Source: Limnochordia bacterium | GTDB taxonomy: Bacteria; Bacillota; Limnochordia; DTU080 | DNA length: 64,000 nt | Assembly: GCA_050951545.1 (NCBI GenBank) | Contig: JBMNJG010000003.1 | Span: 128,001-192,000, forward strand | Reading direction: 5' to 3' | Shown: positions 17,705 to 26,356 of the stretch, one piece after another | Numbering within the stretch: the first letter of the stretch is position 1 | Layout of the letters: each line of letters opens with the position of its first letter | The notes under the pieces: generated by a model | The model's input: the letters and a program-made list of their open reading frames with translations, nothing else | The model's database searches: none | Told to the model about the DNA's origin: nothing | Made by a program: the position numbers and the translations under genes

Positions 17705-19087
17705 CTAGATAGCCTGGGGGCCCTCAGGTGTGTCGACAATCTGAAGAATCCTTATTAGCTCACCGGAGAGAGCATCAACGTAGTTTGCATAGGTCTGATC
17801 ACCGATCTGGCCCTTGACCTCATAGGTAAGTACCTCTTCCAGCGTTTCTAGCGGGATCAACGCCAGATGAGGCTCACCGATCAAGTTCAGCTCGGGGCTG
17901 ACGCTCTTCAGGGCCTCTTTAGCAGTAACCTTTGGCTTGGCCAGACTGCGCTCGTGATGGTTCATGATATAGCCTACGGCTTCGAAACCTGCGATGTCGC
18001 CACTATCCAAGGCGACTGTCACCTTGATCAGGTCTGGATAGATGATGACGCCCTCTTGCACAGGTGCGAAGGGGATGACAGCCCAGCCATCTGCCTTGTT
18101 GGCATAGGTGGGCACGATGTGCTGGAAACCCATGGCCACAAGGAAATCCTTCGCTTTGCGCCCTGCCTCCTCCAAAGTGAGTGTGGGTCTCTGAACCTGC
18201 CTGGGATTGAGCATCCAGATCACATGGCCACCTGTACGCGTGATGTCTAGACGGGCGATCTCCTGGCCTTGGCCTACCCGCCGTATGCGCATCTGATAGG
18301 CAGGGAGTGGTCCATCAACCTTTCCTATTACCTCGGATACGAAGCGCTCCTTCGTCGCCTTCTCCATGAAACTCACAGCAATCTCATCTGCCTTCGTCTC
18401 GGACACAGGAGACCCAGTCAGGCCTTTAGGTTTTTGCTGCACCACATGGTCGGAAAAGGGTCCATCGTAGATGATCGTGGGGAATTCAGCCGCCTGCTTC
18501 TCAAGACGGGCAAACTGGTCCTCATCAACTTGCTTCGACCGTTGCGAGAGACGCGTATTCGTCTTCTGCCGCAGGTCAGACCAGGGCATAGTCCCACGTG
18601 CAGCGCTGACCTGTGCTTGTTGCATCGCCTCATTTATGACGGCTGCGTCGCGACGAAACTCCTCCAGTTTGGCCAATTCCTCTGTATCGACTGACTCTCC
18701 CGCACCGATCTTGCGGGCGAGCATGTAGCCGAAGTCGCCAACCTGCGTAAGGTACTTCCCTGTGCGCATCAGCGTCCCCTGGAGAAGAGGTAGTTGCGTC
18801 AGGTTCGCCTGAGCGGCAAACGCTTGGCGCCACAGGTCCGAGAGTAGAGTCACTGACAATTCATTGCTCCGTTTGGCCGGGGCCAGGGCCACTACCGCCT
18901 TACCAAGCAACACCTCAATGTTCTCCACATGAGCAACCGCCTCAAAGAAGCGTTCTTGGTAGCCCGCTGCCAGCTGACGCTCTGACGCCCTGCGAGCGCT
19001 AAACTGTGAGACACCCCAGGCCACGGTCAACACCAGCACAACCCCTGCTACCGCTGCCGCAATCCGCCCGTATCGCTCCACGATCAT
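17705..19087 (-). CDS. ypeB: Germination protein YpeB
   Basis: N-terminal TM, LTQLPL, YDGPFSDH, YPDLIKVTVALD, PepSY-like C-terminus; follows sleB. Confidence 0.93.
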   Translation of the reverse strand: MIVERYGRIAAAVAGVVLVLTVAWGVSQFSARRASERQLAAGYQERFFEAVAHVENIEVLLGKAVVALAPAKRSNELSVTLLSDLWRQAFAAQANLTQLPLLQGTLMRTGKYLTQVGDFGYMLARKIGAGESVDTEELAKLEEFRRDAAVINEAMQQAQVSAARGTMPWSDLRQKTNTRLSQRSKQVDEDQFARLEKQAAEFPTIIYDGPFSDHVVQQKPKGLTGSPVSETKADEIAVSFMEKATKERFVSEVIGKVDGPLPAYQMRIRRVGQGQEIARLDITRTGGHVIWMLNPRQVQRPTLTLEEAGRKAKDFLVAMGFQHIVPTYANKADGWAVIPFAPVQEGVIIYPDLIKVTVALDSGDIAGFEAVGYIMNHHERSLAKPKVTAKEALKSVSPELNLIGEPHLALIPLETLEEVLTYEVKGQIGDQTYANYVDALSGELIRILQIVDTPEGPQAI

Positions 19088-19103
19088 CGCACCCTTCTTC
19101 CGA

Positions 19104-19583
19104 TTAGCGGGCAAATACATGTTGTCCGATGCGCAGGACAATCTGACGAGACCAGATCCACGGACTCACTGGCTTGCTCGGGTTCCAGAAAAAAGTAGCT
19201 CCGTAGGTGGGGTCCCAACCATTCATTGCCTGTCTGGAAGCTGATACCGCTGTCACATCCGGTGTTCTATGCCAGATGAGGCCGTTGGAGACCGATTCAA
19301 AAGCGTGTGGTTGGTATATCACACCACTGAGGGAATTTGGAAAAGACGGATGACGTACGCGATTGAGGATCACTGCGGCCACACCCACCTGACCCGTGTA
19401 TGGCTCTCCCTGAGCCTCTGCAGCCACAACCCGAGCCAGCAGATTGACATCCCAACCCGTCGTAGACTGTGCCTCGATCGGCGCGGGTCGAACCCCAAGC
19501 ATGTGCCCGCCGATAACTGCCGTAACACTAATGACCAGCAACACAACGATCAGCCTCGGTAATCCGTGTCGCACGTTACGCAC
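19104..19583 (-). CDS. sleB: Spore cortex-lytic enzyme SleB (Hydrolase_2 domain only)
   Basis: LLARVVAAEAQGEPYTGQVGVAAVILNRV, GWDPTYGATFFWNP, IGQHVF; start uncertain (19583 or 19574). Confidence 0.9.
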   Translation of the reverse strand: MRNVRHGLPRLIVVLLVISVTAVIGGHMLGVRPAPIEAQSTTGWDVNLLARVVAAEAQGEPYTGQVGVAAVILNRVRHPSFPNSLSGVIYQPHAFESVSNGLIWHRTPDVTAVSASRQAMNGWDPTYGATFFWNPSKPVSPWIWSRQIVLRIGQHVFAR

Positions 19584-19635
19584 CGGGTTGTCAACCCCTA
19601 AGAACCAGTATGTGTATCGGAGTACCATCCGCCCC

Positions 19636-19664
19636 TATTCTGCCCGTAGTTTTCACCCCTATAC
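19636..19664 (-). promoter_or_regulatory. SigG-type promoter for sleB-ypeB
   Basis: GTATA-17 bp-CAGAATA; sleB-ypeB is SigG-dependent in Bacillus. Confidence 0.7.
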
Positions 19665-19681
19665 GAGACTAGGAACCGCGC

Positions 19682-19708
19682 ACCAATCCACTAGTACCCC
19701 CATACTAT
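19682..19708 (+). promoter_or_regulatory. SigK-type promoter
   Basis: AC-17 bp-CATActaT upstream of the Cys-rich ORF. Confidence 0.5.
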
Positions 19709-19785
19709 GTAGCAGCTCGTGAGCAAACCGTGCCGTGAGGACTTCCCGCGGCAGAGGCTTTGCACGAAGGAGGGAGAAGACCCCC

Positions 19786-20427
19786 ATGGCAAGAAGCAGC
19801 AGCCTTAATCTCAGCTATTGGCAACAGCAGCGTACAGAGAGTCTGCCACCCATTGCAGGGGCCGAGGGCGAAGATTACCGTCCGGAGTGCATCATGGCAG
19901 AGAAGGTGTACGACGAATGCACGGTATGTGAGTGTCCGACAGTTCGCTTCGCTGACCTGTGCCCCGAACCGGCCAACGTAGTTGCCTGCGACGTAATGGA
20001 AGTGCGTGTAGTATCGCCGGGGATTCCGCGCGACGGCGAAGTCGAGTTCACCTTGGAGTGGGTGCAGGAGATACTCTATACCGACTCCGAGGGCGTAGAT
20101 CACACCGCTCGGAGGACGTTTAAGTTTCGCAAGCGCATCCGGATGCGCGGCGCCCGTCAGGGCATGAAGCTGCAGTTCTTCCACCTCGTACGCTGCCTCA
20201 ACTGTCGGGTGCGTGAGATCGAAGAGACTCGAGGTATCGTGGAGTGCGAAGTTGGGATCTTCATGGTCATCAAGGTCACGTTCATGGTGCAGCTGGAAAT
20301 CGAGAGGGCTCGTTTCTGTCCGCAACCGCCCGAATGTGTGCAAGTGTCACCGATTGGCTGTCCCGAGTGGGCCGATCTTTGCGAACGCGGGGAGTTCTGG
20401 CCGCCGTTCCCGCCCCAACTGGATTAG
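19786..20427 (+). CDS. Cys-rich hypothetical protein, probable spore coat/exosporium component
   Basis: GGAGGG RBS; ECIMAEKVYDECTVCECP, many Cys, Pro-rich end; mother-cell-type promoter. Confidence 0.65.
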   Translation: MARSSSLNLSYWQQQRTESLPPIAGAEGEDYRPECIMAEKVYDECTVCECPTVRFADLCPEPANVVACDVMEVRVVSPGIPRDGEVEFTLEWVQEILYTDSEGVDHTARRTFKFRKRIRMRGARQGMKLQFFHLVRCLNCRVREIEETRGIVECEVGIFMVIKVTFMVQLEIERARFCPQPPECVQVSPIGCPEWADLCERGEFWPPFPPQLD

Positions 20428-20440
20428 CCAACCACATGAG

Positions 20441-20466
20441 GAAGGCCCTGCCTTGGCAGGGCCTTC
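20441..20466. terminator. Hairpin between convergent genes, probable bidirectional terminator
   Basis: GAAGGCCCTGCC-tt-GGCAGGGCCTTC. Confidence 0.7.
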
Positions 20467-20468
20467 TC

Positions 20469-21092
20469 CTACCGAGGTTTCATAAACATCTGCGATTCGT
20501 ACACGCGATTGCCTTTCGCATACACCCCTACACCAATTTCGGTGTAGCCAGCAGATAGGATGTTGTCGCGATGGTCCTTACTCTCCATAAAGGCGTCATG
20601 GGCTATTGTGACCGATGATGCCCGGGCAATGTTCTCACCCCACCACTTGAAGGAGAGCCCAGCGGCCTGCATCATCTCGGTGGGCGAGCCATAGGTAGGA
20701 GAGATATGGCTGAAATAGCCATTTTCTGCCATGTCTTTCGCCTTTAAGCGAGCCAGTCTAACCAGAGTATCGTTCACCTTAAGTTCATGGATGCCTCTGG
20801 CCTTGCGTTCGGCATTGACCTTCGCCACAGCCAGGTTCTCCGCACTGGTCAGATCTCCATTCTGTACCGGGGGTTTCACCGGATCGGGTACTGGCTTGGG
20901 ATCAACAGGTTTGGGGCTGGGTTTGGGCTTGTACCAACCCCAGTCGATGTTCCAGCTCGGGCGACTGCCAGAACCCGTGTCAAAGGTGCTAAAGCCGTAA
21001 CTGAAAGATGCTGCCTCACTGAGTGTGGCTACCCCCACCAAGATAACAAGGGCCAACGTCATCCATCCACTTTTTCTCGCGATCAAGATCAA
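20469..21092 (-). CDS. Secreted CAP/SCP-domain protein (YkwD-like)
   Basis: Signal peptide, Pro/Lys linker, VNAER, YFSHISPTYGSP, GENIA, HRDNIL. Confidence 0.88.
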   Translation of the reverse strand: MILIARKSGWMTLALVILVGVATLSEAASFSYGFSTFDTGSGSRPSWNIDWGWYKPKPSPKPVDPKPVPDPVKPPVQNGDLTSAENLAVAKVNAERKARGIHELKVNDTLVRLARLKAKDMAENGYFSHISPTYGSPTEMMQAAGLSFKWWGENIARASSVTIAHDAFMESKDHRDNILSAGYTEIGVGVYAKGNRVYESQMFMKPR

Positions 21093-21225
21093 GAACCTCC
21101 TCAGACGGCAGATATTAACTGCACTTCACACCGCTCGAGGAATTCTATGTAAGAACCGAAGGCACCTCCAGCTGGCATTTTGGTAAAATATGCCCTGTAC
21201 GGCCAGATCGTGGTCATCCCAGAGC

Positions 21226-21253
21226 ATGACGGTTCACTCGGAAGCATAGATAT
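21226..21253 (+). promoter_or_regulatory. SigE-type promoter
   Basis: ATG-16 bp-CATAgatAT, upstream of an AGGAGG RBS. Confidence 0.5.
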
Positions 21254-21282
21254 CAAAGGGTATATATGACGTCAGGAGGAAG

Positions 21283-22362
21283 GTGCACACCATGCAACAA
21301 CCAGTGTCGGGCTCGGGGTGGTGCGAACGTCTTGAGCTTGTACTGGAAGGCGGCGGGAAGTTGCCTGGTGCTATTCGGATAGTAGATATCCGCGACAAAG
21401 TGCTTGCCTGCACTGCCGACCGCGAGGATGACAAGGCCTTGGTACGCGGGCAGCTACAGGTCTTCGTATACTACAACATTGACGGCTGCGACCGGGTGCA
21501 AGGTCAGGGTGCGGAGATCCCCTGGCATTTTGAAGTGCCTATCCCTCCAGCCGTAGAAGGAGCGCTAGAGGCACGCGTAGTGGAGGTAAGACATGATCAT
21601 TCCTATGATCCCAAAAGCGAACAGCTACGCCACACTATGCATGTGGCCTTTGAAGTCTGGAATATCGACGCCCAACCCGCCGAGCAACCCGTCTGTCATT
21701 CAGCGTGCGATGGGGCAGCCTCGAGTGATGCCATAAAACCTATTGGAGCGCCTTTGTTTGAGCCAGAGCCGGCTGCTAATGCACTGGAACTGGAGCTATC
21801 CGAAACCAGTGATTCGCCAGATTCTGAGGCTGTGCTGACTGACCCTGACAGTGAGGACATTATCGAACCTCACCCAAGTGACAGTGACGAGCAATCAGTT
21901 CCTGCGGGGAGCACAACCCGCGATGATCCGTCTGAGATGCCTTGCCTGGATCACGAGTTATCCTTGGAAACCTCGGATTCATCGGTCACGCCTGAGCAGC
22001 ACGAACTGCAGCCAACGGATGTCGTCATAGCGGACACCGTCATGAGCGAGCGTCTTGACGACCTGGAAAACCAACTGCACCAGATGAGAAGCGAGTTCAT
22101 CGCCTTGCGCAAGGAGCTAGAGAGTCTGCGGGAGTGGGCCAAGGTAGAGACCATGGTTGAGACTAGTGTGGAGTGTGCAAAAGAGCTAGCGCCTGTGGTT
22201 GAAGAGCTAGCGCCTGTGGTTGAAGAGCTAGCGCCTGTGGTTGAAGAGCTAACGCCTGTGGTTGAAGAGCTAACGCCTGTGGTTGAAGAGCTAACGCCCC
22301 AACCTGCGAAACCGAAACCAGAGCGTGAGGTTCTTGTCTGGCGCCCCTTCCCGAGGATCTAG
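21283..22362 (+). CDS. Hypothetical protein: SPOCS-like N-terminus, acidic disordered linker, coiled coil and heptapeptide repeats (candidate coat morphogenetic protein)
   Basis: AGGAGG RBS; DKALVRGQLQVFVYY resembles SPOCS/DUF3794; EL(A/T)PVVE x5; conserved-looking end VLVWRPFPRI. Confidence 0.55.
   Translation: MHTMQQPVSGSGWCERLELVLEGGGKLPGAIRIVDIRDKVLACTADREDDKALVRGQLQVFVYYNIDGCDRVQGQGAEIPWHFEVPIPPAVEGALEARVVEVRHDHSYDPKSEQLRHTMHVAFEVWNIDAQPAEQPVCHSACDGAASSDAIKPIGAPLFEPEPAANALELELSETSDSPDSEAVLTDPDSEDIIEPHPSDSDEQSVPAGSTTRDDPSEMPCLDHELSLETSDSSVTPEQHELQPTDVVIADTVMSERLDDLENQLHQMRSEFIALRKELESLREWAKVETMVETSVECAKELAPVVEELAPVVEELAPVVEELTPVVEELTPVVEELTPQPAKPKPEREVLVWRPFPRI
22181..22298 (+). repeat. 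21-bp coding tandem repeat, 5.6 copies
   Basis: AAGAGCTARCGCCTGTGGTTG units; the first three carry GCG (Ala), the later ones ACG (Thr). Confidence 0.97.
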
Positions 22363-22368
22363 GACTGA

Positions 22369-22617
22369 TCAAGGCTCTGCGTCATCATCAATGCGTTCGC
22401 TCAGATCATGGGCCGTTAGGCTTACGGTGCTCCCAGGCTGCCAGCGAGGATCAAGGTAGTCTTGTGGATCCGTAGAGAAAATCCTGAGCAGACGAGCATA
22501 CGGCGCCTCCACTGGCTCTACCTCCATAAGCAGTCCTCCCCTGAAGATTGTGATGAATCGACGTTCAGCATGGAACCCGTCGAGTAGCAGCTCGTCCGGA
22601 ACAATCGTGTAAAACAC
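22369..22617 (-). CDS. ylzJ: YlzJ-like protein
   Basis: MFYTIVP, STDPQDYLDPRWQPG; lies after tepA. Confidence 0.85.
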   Translation of the reverse strand: MFYTIVPDELLLDGFHAERRFITIFRGGLLMEVEPVEAPYARLLRIFSTDPQDYLDPRWQPGSTVSLTAHDLSERIDDDAEP

Positions 22618-22646
22618 GTTATCAGCACCCTTTCACTGCTGGCTCG

Positions 22647-23369
22647 TCACGACCACGGAAATCCGGTGGCCCTCATGGTGAAAGACGCCTCACGACTTCG
22701 GATCAGCTCCTCCAGTTTGGCCATGGCGTGTGACAGACCTCCCAGCCCGTCGATCAAGCCTGCATTGACGGCTTCTTGTCCCACCAAGACGGTTCCTACG
22801 TCTCGCATCAGCTCACCAGTGCGAAACATCAGCTCGCGCAGGGTAGCTTCGCTCATCCGCGAGTTAGTGACGATGAAATTGATCACGCGATCCTGCATCT
22901 TGCTCAGGTATTCATAGGTCTGCGGCACACCGATTACCAGGCCGCTCAGTCGAATAGGATGGATAGTGATCGTAGCAGAACTAGCCACAAACGAGTAGTT
23001 GGCAGCGACAGCGATGGGGGCCCCAATAGAGTGTCCTCCACCAAGGACGAGAGACACAGAGGGCTTAGACAACGTTCTGATCATTTCAGCAATAGCTAGA
23101 CCCGCCTCGATGTCGCCGCCCACAGTGTTTAGGATCAATAGGACACCCTTGATCTTGGGGCTTTGCTCGATAGCTACCAGTTGAGGGATAATGTGCTCGT
23201 ACTTCGTGGTCTTGTTCTTCGGAGCCAGCAGCATGTGCCCTTCGATTTGCCCGATAATCGATAGGAGATGGATGCAAGACTCCATCCTGGGAGGAGGTTG
23301 TACTTGTCCGAATTGCTGCAAAAGGGCAGGGGTGGCAGATTGCTCCTGATTCTGGTCGTCGCACACCAC
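22647..23369 (-). CDS. tepA: ClpP-like translocation-enhancing protein TepA
   Basis: [47 protein letters not shown]. Confidence 0.93.
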   Translation of the reverse strand: MVCDDQNQEQSATPALLQQFGQVQPPPRMESCIHLLSIIGQIEGHMLLAPKNKTTKYEHIIPQLVAIEQSPKIKGVLLILNTVGGDIEAGLAIAEMIRTLSKPSVSLVLGGGHSIGAPIAVAANYSFVASSATITIHPIRLSGLVIGVPQTYEYLSKMQDRVINFIVTNSRMSEATLRELMFRTGELMRDVGTVLVGQEAVNAGLIDGLGGLSHAMAKLEELIRSREASFTMRATGFPWS

Positions 23370-23553
23370 GCGTCATCCTCTCCGGATACGTATCAGGTGT
23401 TCCCCAGCCTAGTATCCTCGTCTGCTGCACGGTTCATGTCGGTAGGTGACTACTGTAAGTACCAGAGGGGCCTGCAGTAAACTGCCGACCCCTCTGTACG
23501 CTACTCGTGTCTGGCCCACCGCCACAAGCTCAGGCAGCCATACACGAGGCCCA

Positions 23554-25218
23554 CTATGTTTCCATCACCACTGGCAGAATCATCGGCCTACGCCTAGTGC
23601 GCTCCCAGAAAAAACCGGAGAGTGTGTCTCGCACCTGGTTTTTCATCACATTCCATTCGCCTAGCACAGGCTCGCACGACTCCAGGGCCACCTTCACGCG
23701 TTGCTTGGCCTCCTCGAACAGTCTCTCTGACTCTCGTACGTAGACGAACCCCCGAGAGACAAACTCCGGTCCTGCTAGGATCTCACCGGTCTGCTTGTCA
23801 ATACTGACCACCACAACCAGAATGCCATCCTGAGCAAGCTGCTGTCGGTCACGCAGGACGACAGTACCTACATCGCCCACGCCAAGACCGTCAACCATCA
23901 CCGAGCCAGCCTCAACCTTGGCCGTCTTCTTGAAGCTCTTGGCAGAAATCTCCACCATGTCGCCAATCTCAGCGATCATCACGTGCTCTGGTGACAGACC
24001 AGCCTGCTCAGCCAACCGAGCGTGGTGCACCAGCATTCGGTACTCACCGTGGATCGGGATGAAATAGCGCGGCTTGATCAGGTTGATCATCAGCTTAAGC
24101 TCTTCTTGGCTGGCGTGACCTGACACATGGACCCCTGACACCGCGTGATAGATCACCTCGGCGCCCTGCCGGAACAGGTGGTTGATGGTCCGTCCAATCA
24201 GCCGTTCGTTGCCAGGAATGGGCGAAGCACTGATGATCACCGTATCACCTGGGACAATCTCAATGCGCCTATGTTCGGCCATCGCCATGCGTGTAAGAGC
24301 CGCCATGGGCTCCCCTTGGCTGCCAGTCGTGATGACCGCCAGCCTTTCTGGAGGGTAGTCCTCCATCTGTTCCACATCGATGATGAGCCCCTCCGGCACA
24401 TGAAGGTAACCTAGCCGAGAAGCGATGCCCACATTGTTCACCATGCTCCGACCCATCACGCAGACCTTACGGCCAAAGCGGGCACTGGCAGCCATCACCT
24501 GCTGAATGCGATGCACGTTCGAAGCAAAGGTAGCCACAAGAATCCGGCCCTGGGCGCGCCTAAAGGCATCCATGAAGGTCTCGCCGACGATCTTCTCAGA
24601 CAATGTATACCCAGGACGCTCCGCATTTGTGCTGTCCGAGAGCAAACAGAGCACCCCGTTGGCTCCTAGAGCTGCGAGCCGCTGAAGATCGGTCACCCTG
24701 CCATCAATTGGGGTGTGATCAAACTTGAAGTCTGTGGCATACACAATCGTGCCTGCCGGCGTATGCACTGCGATAGCTACAACATCGGCCAGACTATGAT
24801 TGACATGCACAAACTCGAGAGTCATTGCACCCAACTGCAGGGACTGTCCGGCCTGGACTTCATGCAACTCAGCGTTCTTGCCGAGCCCGTGTTCATCCAG
24901 TCTCCCTTTTACCAGCCCCAAAGTCAGTCTCGTCCCGTACACGGGAACATCGAGTTGCTGCAGAACGTAGGGCAATGCCCCTACGTGATCTTCGTGGCCA
25001 TGTGTCAGGACGATGGCTCGTACGCGATCACGATTCTCTACCAAATAGCTAATATCCGGGATGACGAGATCCACCCCGAGCATGTCCTCTTCAGGAAACA
25101 TGCCCCCGCAATCTAAGACAACGAGATCATCACCGTACCCAACTACCCACATATTCTTGCCTATCTCGCCCACTCCACCGAGTGGAACGAGAACAAGGCT
25201 ATCGCCTTTACTACTCAC
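23554..25218 (-). CDS. rnj: Ribonuclease J
   Basis: LGGVGEIGKNM, THGHEDH, TGSQGEP, HVSGH, PIHGEYRM. Confidence 0.97.
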   Translation of the reverse strand: MSSKGDSLVLVPLGGVGEIGKNMWVVGYGDDLVVLDCGGMFPEEDMLGVDLVIPDISYLVENRDRVRAIVLTHGHEDHVGALPYVLQQLDVPVYGTRLTLGLVKGRLDEHGLGKNAELHEVQAGQSLQLGAMTLEFVHVNHSLADVVAIAVHTPAGTIVYATDFKFDHTPIDGRVTDLQRLAALGANGVLCLLSDSTNAERPGYTLSEKIVGETFMDAFRRAQGRILVATFASNVHRIQQVMAASARFGRKVCVMGRSMVNNVGIASRLGYLHVPEGLIIDVEQMEDYPPERLAVITTGSQGEPMAALTRMAMAEHRRIEIVPGDTVIISASPIPGNERLIGRTINHLFRQGAEVIYHAVSGVHVSGHASQEELKLMINLIKPRYFIPIHGEYRMLVHHARLAEQAGLSPEHVMIAEIGDMVEISAKSFKKTAKVEAGSVMVDGLGVGDVGTVVLRDRQQLAQDGILVVVVSIDKQTGEILAGPEFVSRGFVYVRESERLFEEAKQRVKVALESCEPVLGEWNVMKNQVRDTLSGFFWERTRRRPMILPVVMET

Positions 25219-25367
25219 AAAAAAAACACCACCTCATTTGATGCGCACTTAGTCGTACCCACGGCGGTCCGGCCGACCAGCGCGCGTTGGTCCTCTTCTG
25301 GCTTCAGCGCACCCTCTACGAGAGATTATACATAAAGAACACGCTGAAGCCAGGAAATCTTGTTCCA

Positions 25368-26246
25368 TCAAGCCAGCAAGTCGAGGCCTCGCATAGCAGC
25401 AACTATCGTAGCCTGCTCAGATGCGCTAGGCGCCACGAGAGGCTGGCGCGTCGGCCCGCAGTCGATCCCAATCAGACTCATCGCCCACTTCACGGGGATG
25501 GGGTTGGTCGTGACAAACAGAGCCTTGAACAGAGGGCTGAGTCGATGATGTACCGCTGCTGCTTCCTTCACTCTTCCGGCCTGGAAATGCTCCACCATTG
25601 CCCCTATTTCATTGCCTGCGAGATGAGAAGCGACGCTTACTACCCCTACACCGCCAACTGAAAGGATGGGCAACGTCAAGCTGTCATCCCCAGAGTATAC
25701 CGCAAAGTCCTCCGGCACCTGGCCACATACAGCAGACACCTGATCCAGGTTGCCGCTGGCTTCCTTAACAGCCACAATACCAGGCACCTGTGCCAGTTTG
25801 GCGAGTGTCTCGGGAAGAAGATTTACCCCCGTCCGACCAGGAATGTTGTAGATCATGCAGGGCAGATCGACGCTATCAGCAATTGTCTTGAAATGCTCGT
25901 ACAGCCCCTGCTGCGGTGGCTTGTTATAGTAGGGCACCACTAGCAGAAGCCCGTCAACCCCAACGTCCTGTGCTCGCCGAGCCAGTTCAATGCTGTGCCG
26001 GGTGTCATTGCTACCCGTGCCCGCCATCACCTTAGCCCGCCCGTCTATGGCCTGGACGACTGTCGACATGAGGCTCAGTTTCTCATCATCAGAAAGCGTA
26101 GGCGATTCACCCGTTGTGCCACTGACCAATACGGTACTGGTTCCATTATCTACCAAATAGCGTGCTAGCTGCTCTGTTTTCGCCATATCCAGTGCTCCGT
26201 CTTTCCGCATCGGAGTCACCATCGCTGTTACCACAGAGCCAAACAA
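25368..26246 (-). CDS. dapA: 4-hydroxy-tetrahydrodipicolinate synthase
   Basis: GTTGESPTL, PYYNKP, YNIPGRT, AVKEASG; TTG start after GGGAGG. Confidence 0.96.
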   Translation of the reverse strand: MFGSVVTAMVTPMRKDGALDMAKTEQLARYLVDNGTSTVLVSGTTGESPTLSDDEKLSLMSTVVQAIDGRAKVMAGTGSNDTRHSIELARRAQDVGVDGLLLVVPYYNKPPQQGLYEHFKTIADSVDLPCMIYNIPGRTGVNLLPETLAKLAQVPGIVAVKEASGNLDQVSAVCGQVPEDFAVYSGDDSLTLPILSVGGVGVVSVASHLAGNEIGAMVEHFQAGRVKEAAAVHHRLSPLFKALFVTTNPIPVKWAMSLIGIDCGPTRQPLVAPSASEQATIVAAMRGLDLLA

Positions 26247-26284
26247 GGCAATTCCTCCCTTGAAAACGGTCTGAACGTTACGAC

Positions 26285-26341
26285 GAACACCTGCCGCAGC
26301 TGCCCCGACTGCCGCGAGTGGTTGGCCGCCGACACGCGTTC
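26285..26341 (-). repeat. 57-bp dispersed structured repeat, copy 3 (dapG-dapA intergenic)
   Basis: Minus strand GAACGCGTGTCGGCGGCCAACCACTCGCGGCAGTCGGGGCAGCTGCGGCAGGTGTTC, 51/57 identical to copy 2. Confidence 0.9.
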
Positions 26342-26356
26342 CTCTATCCCAGATGC

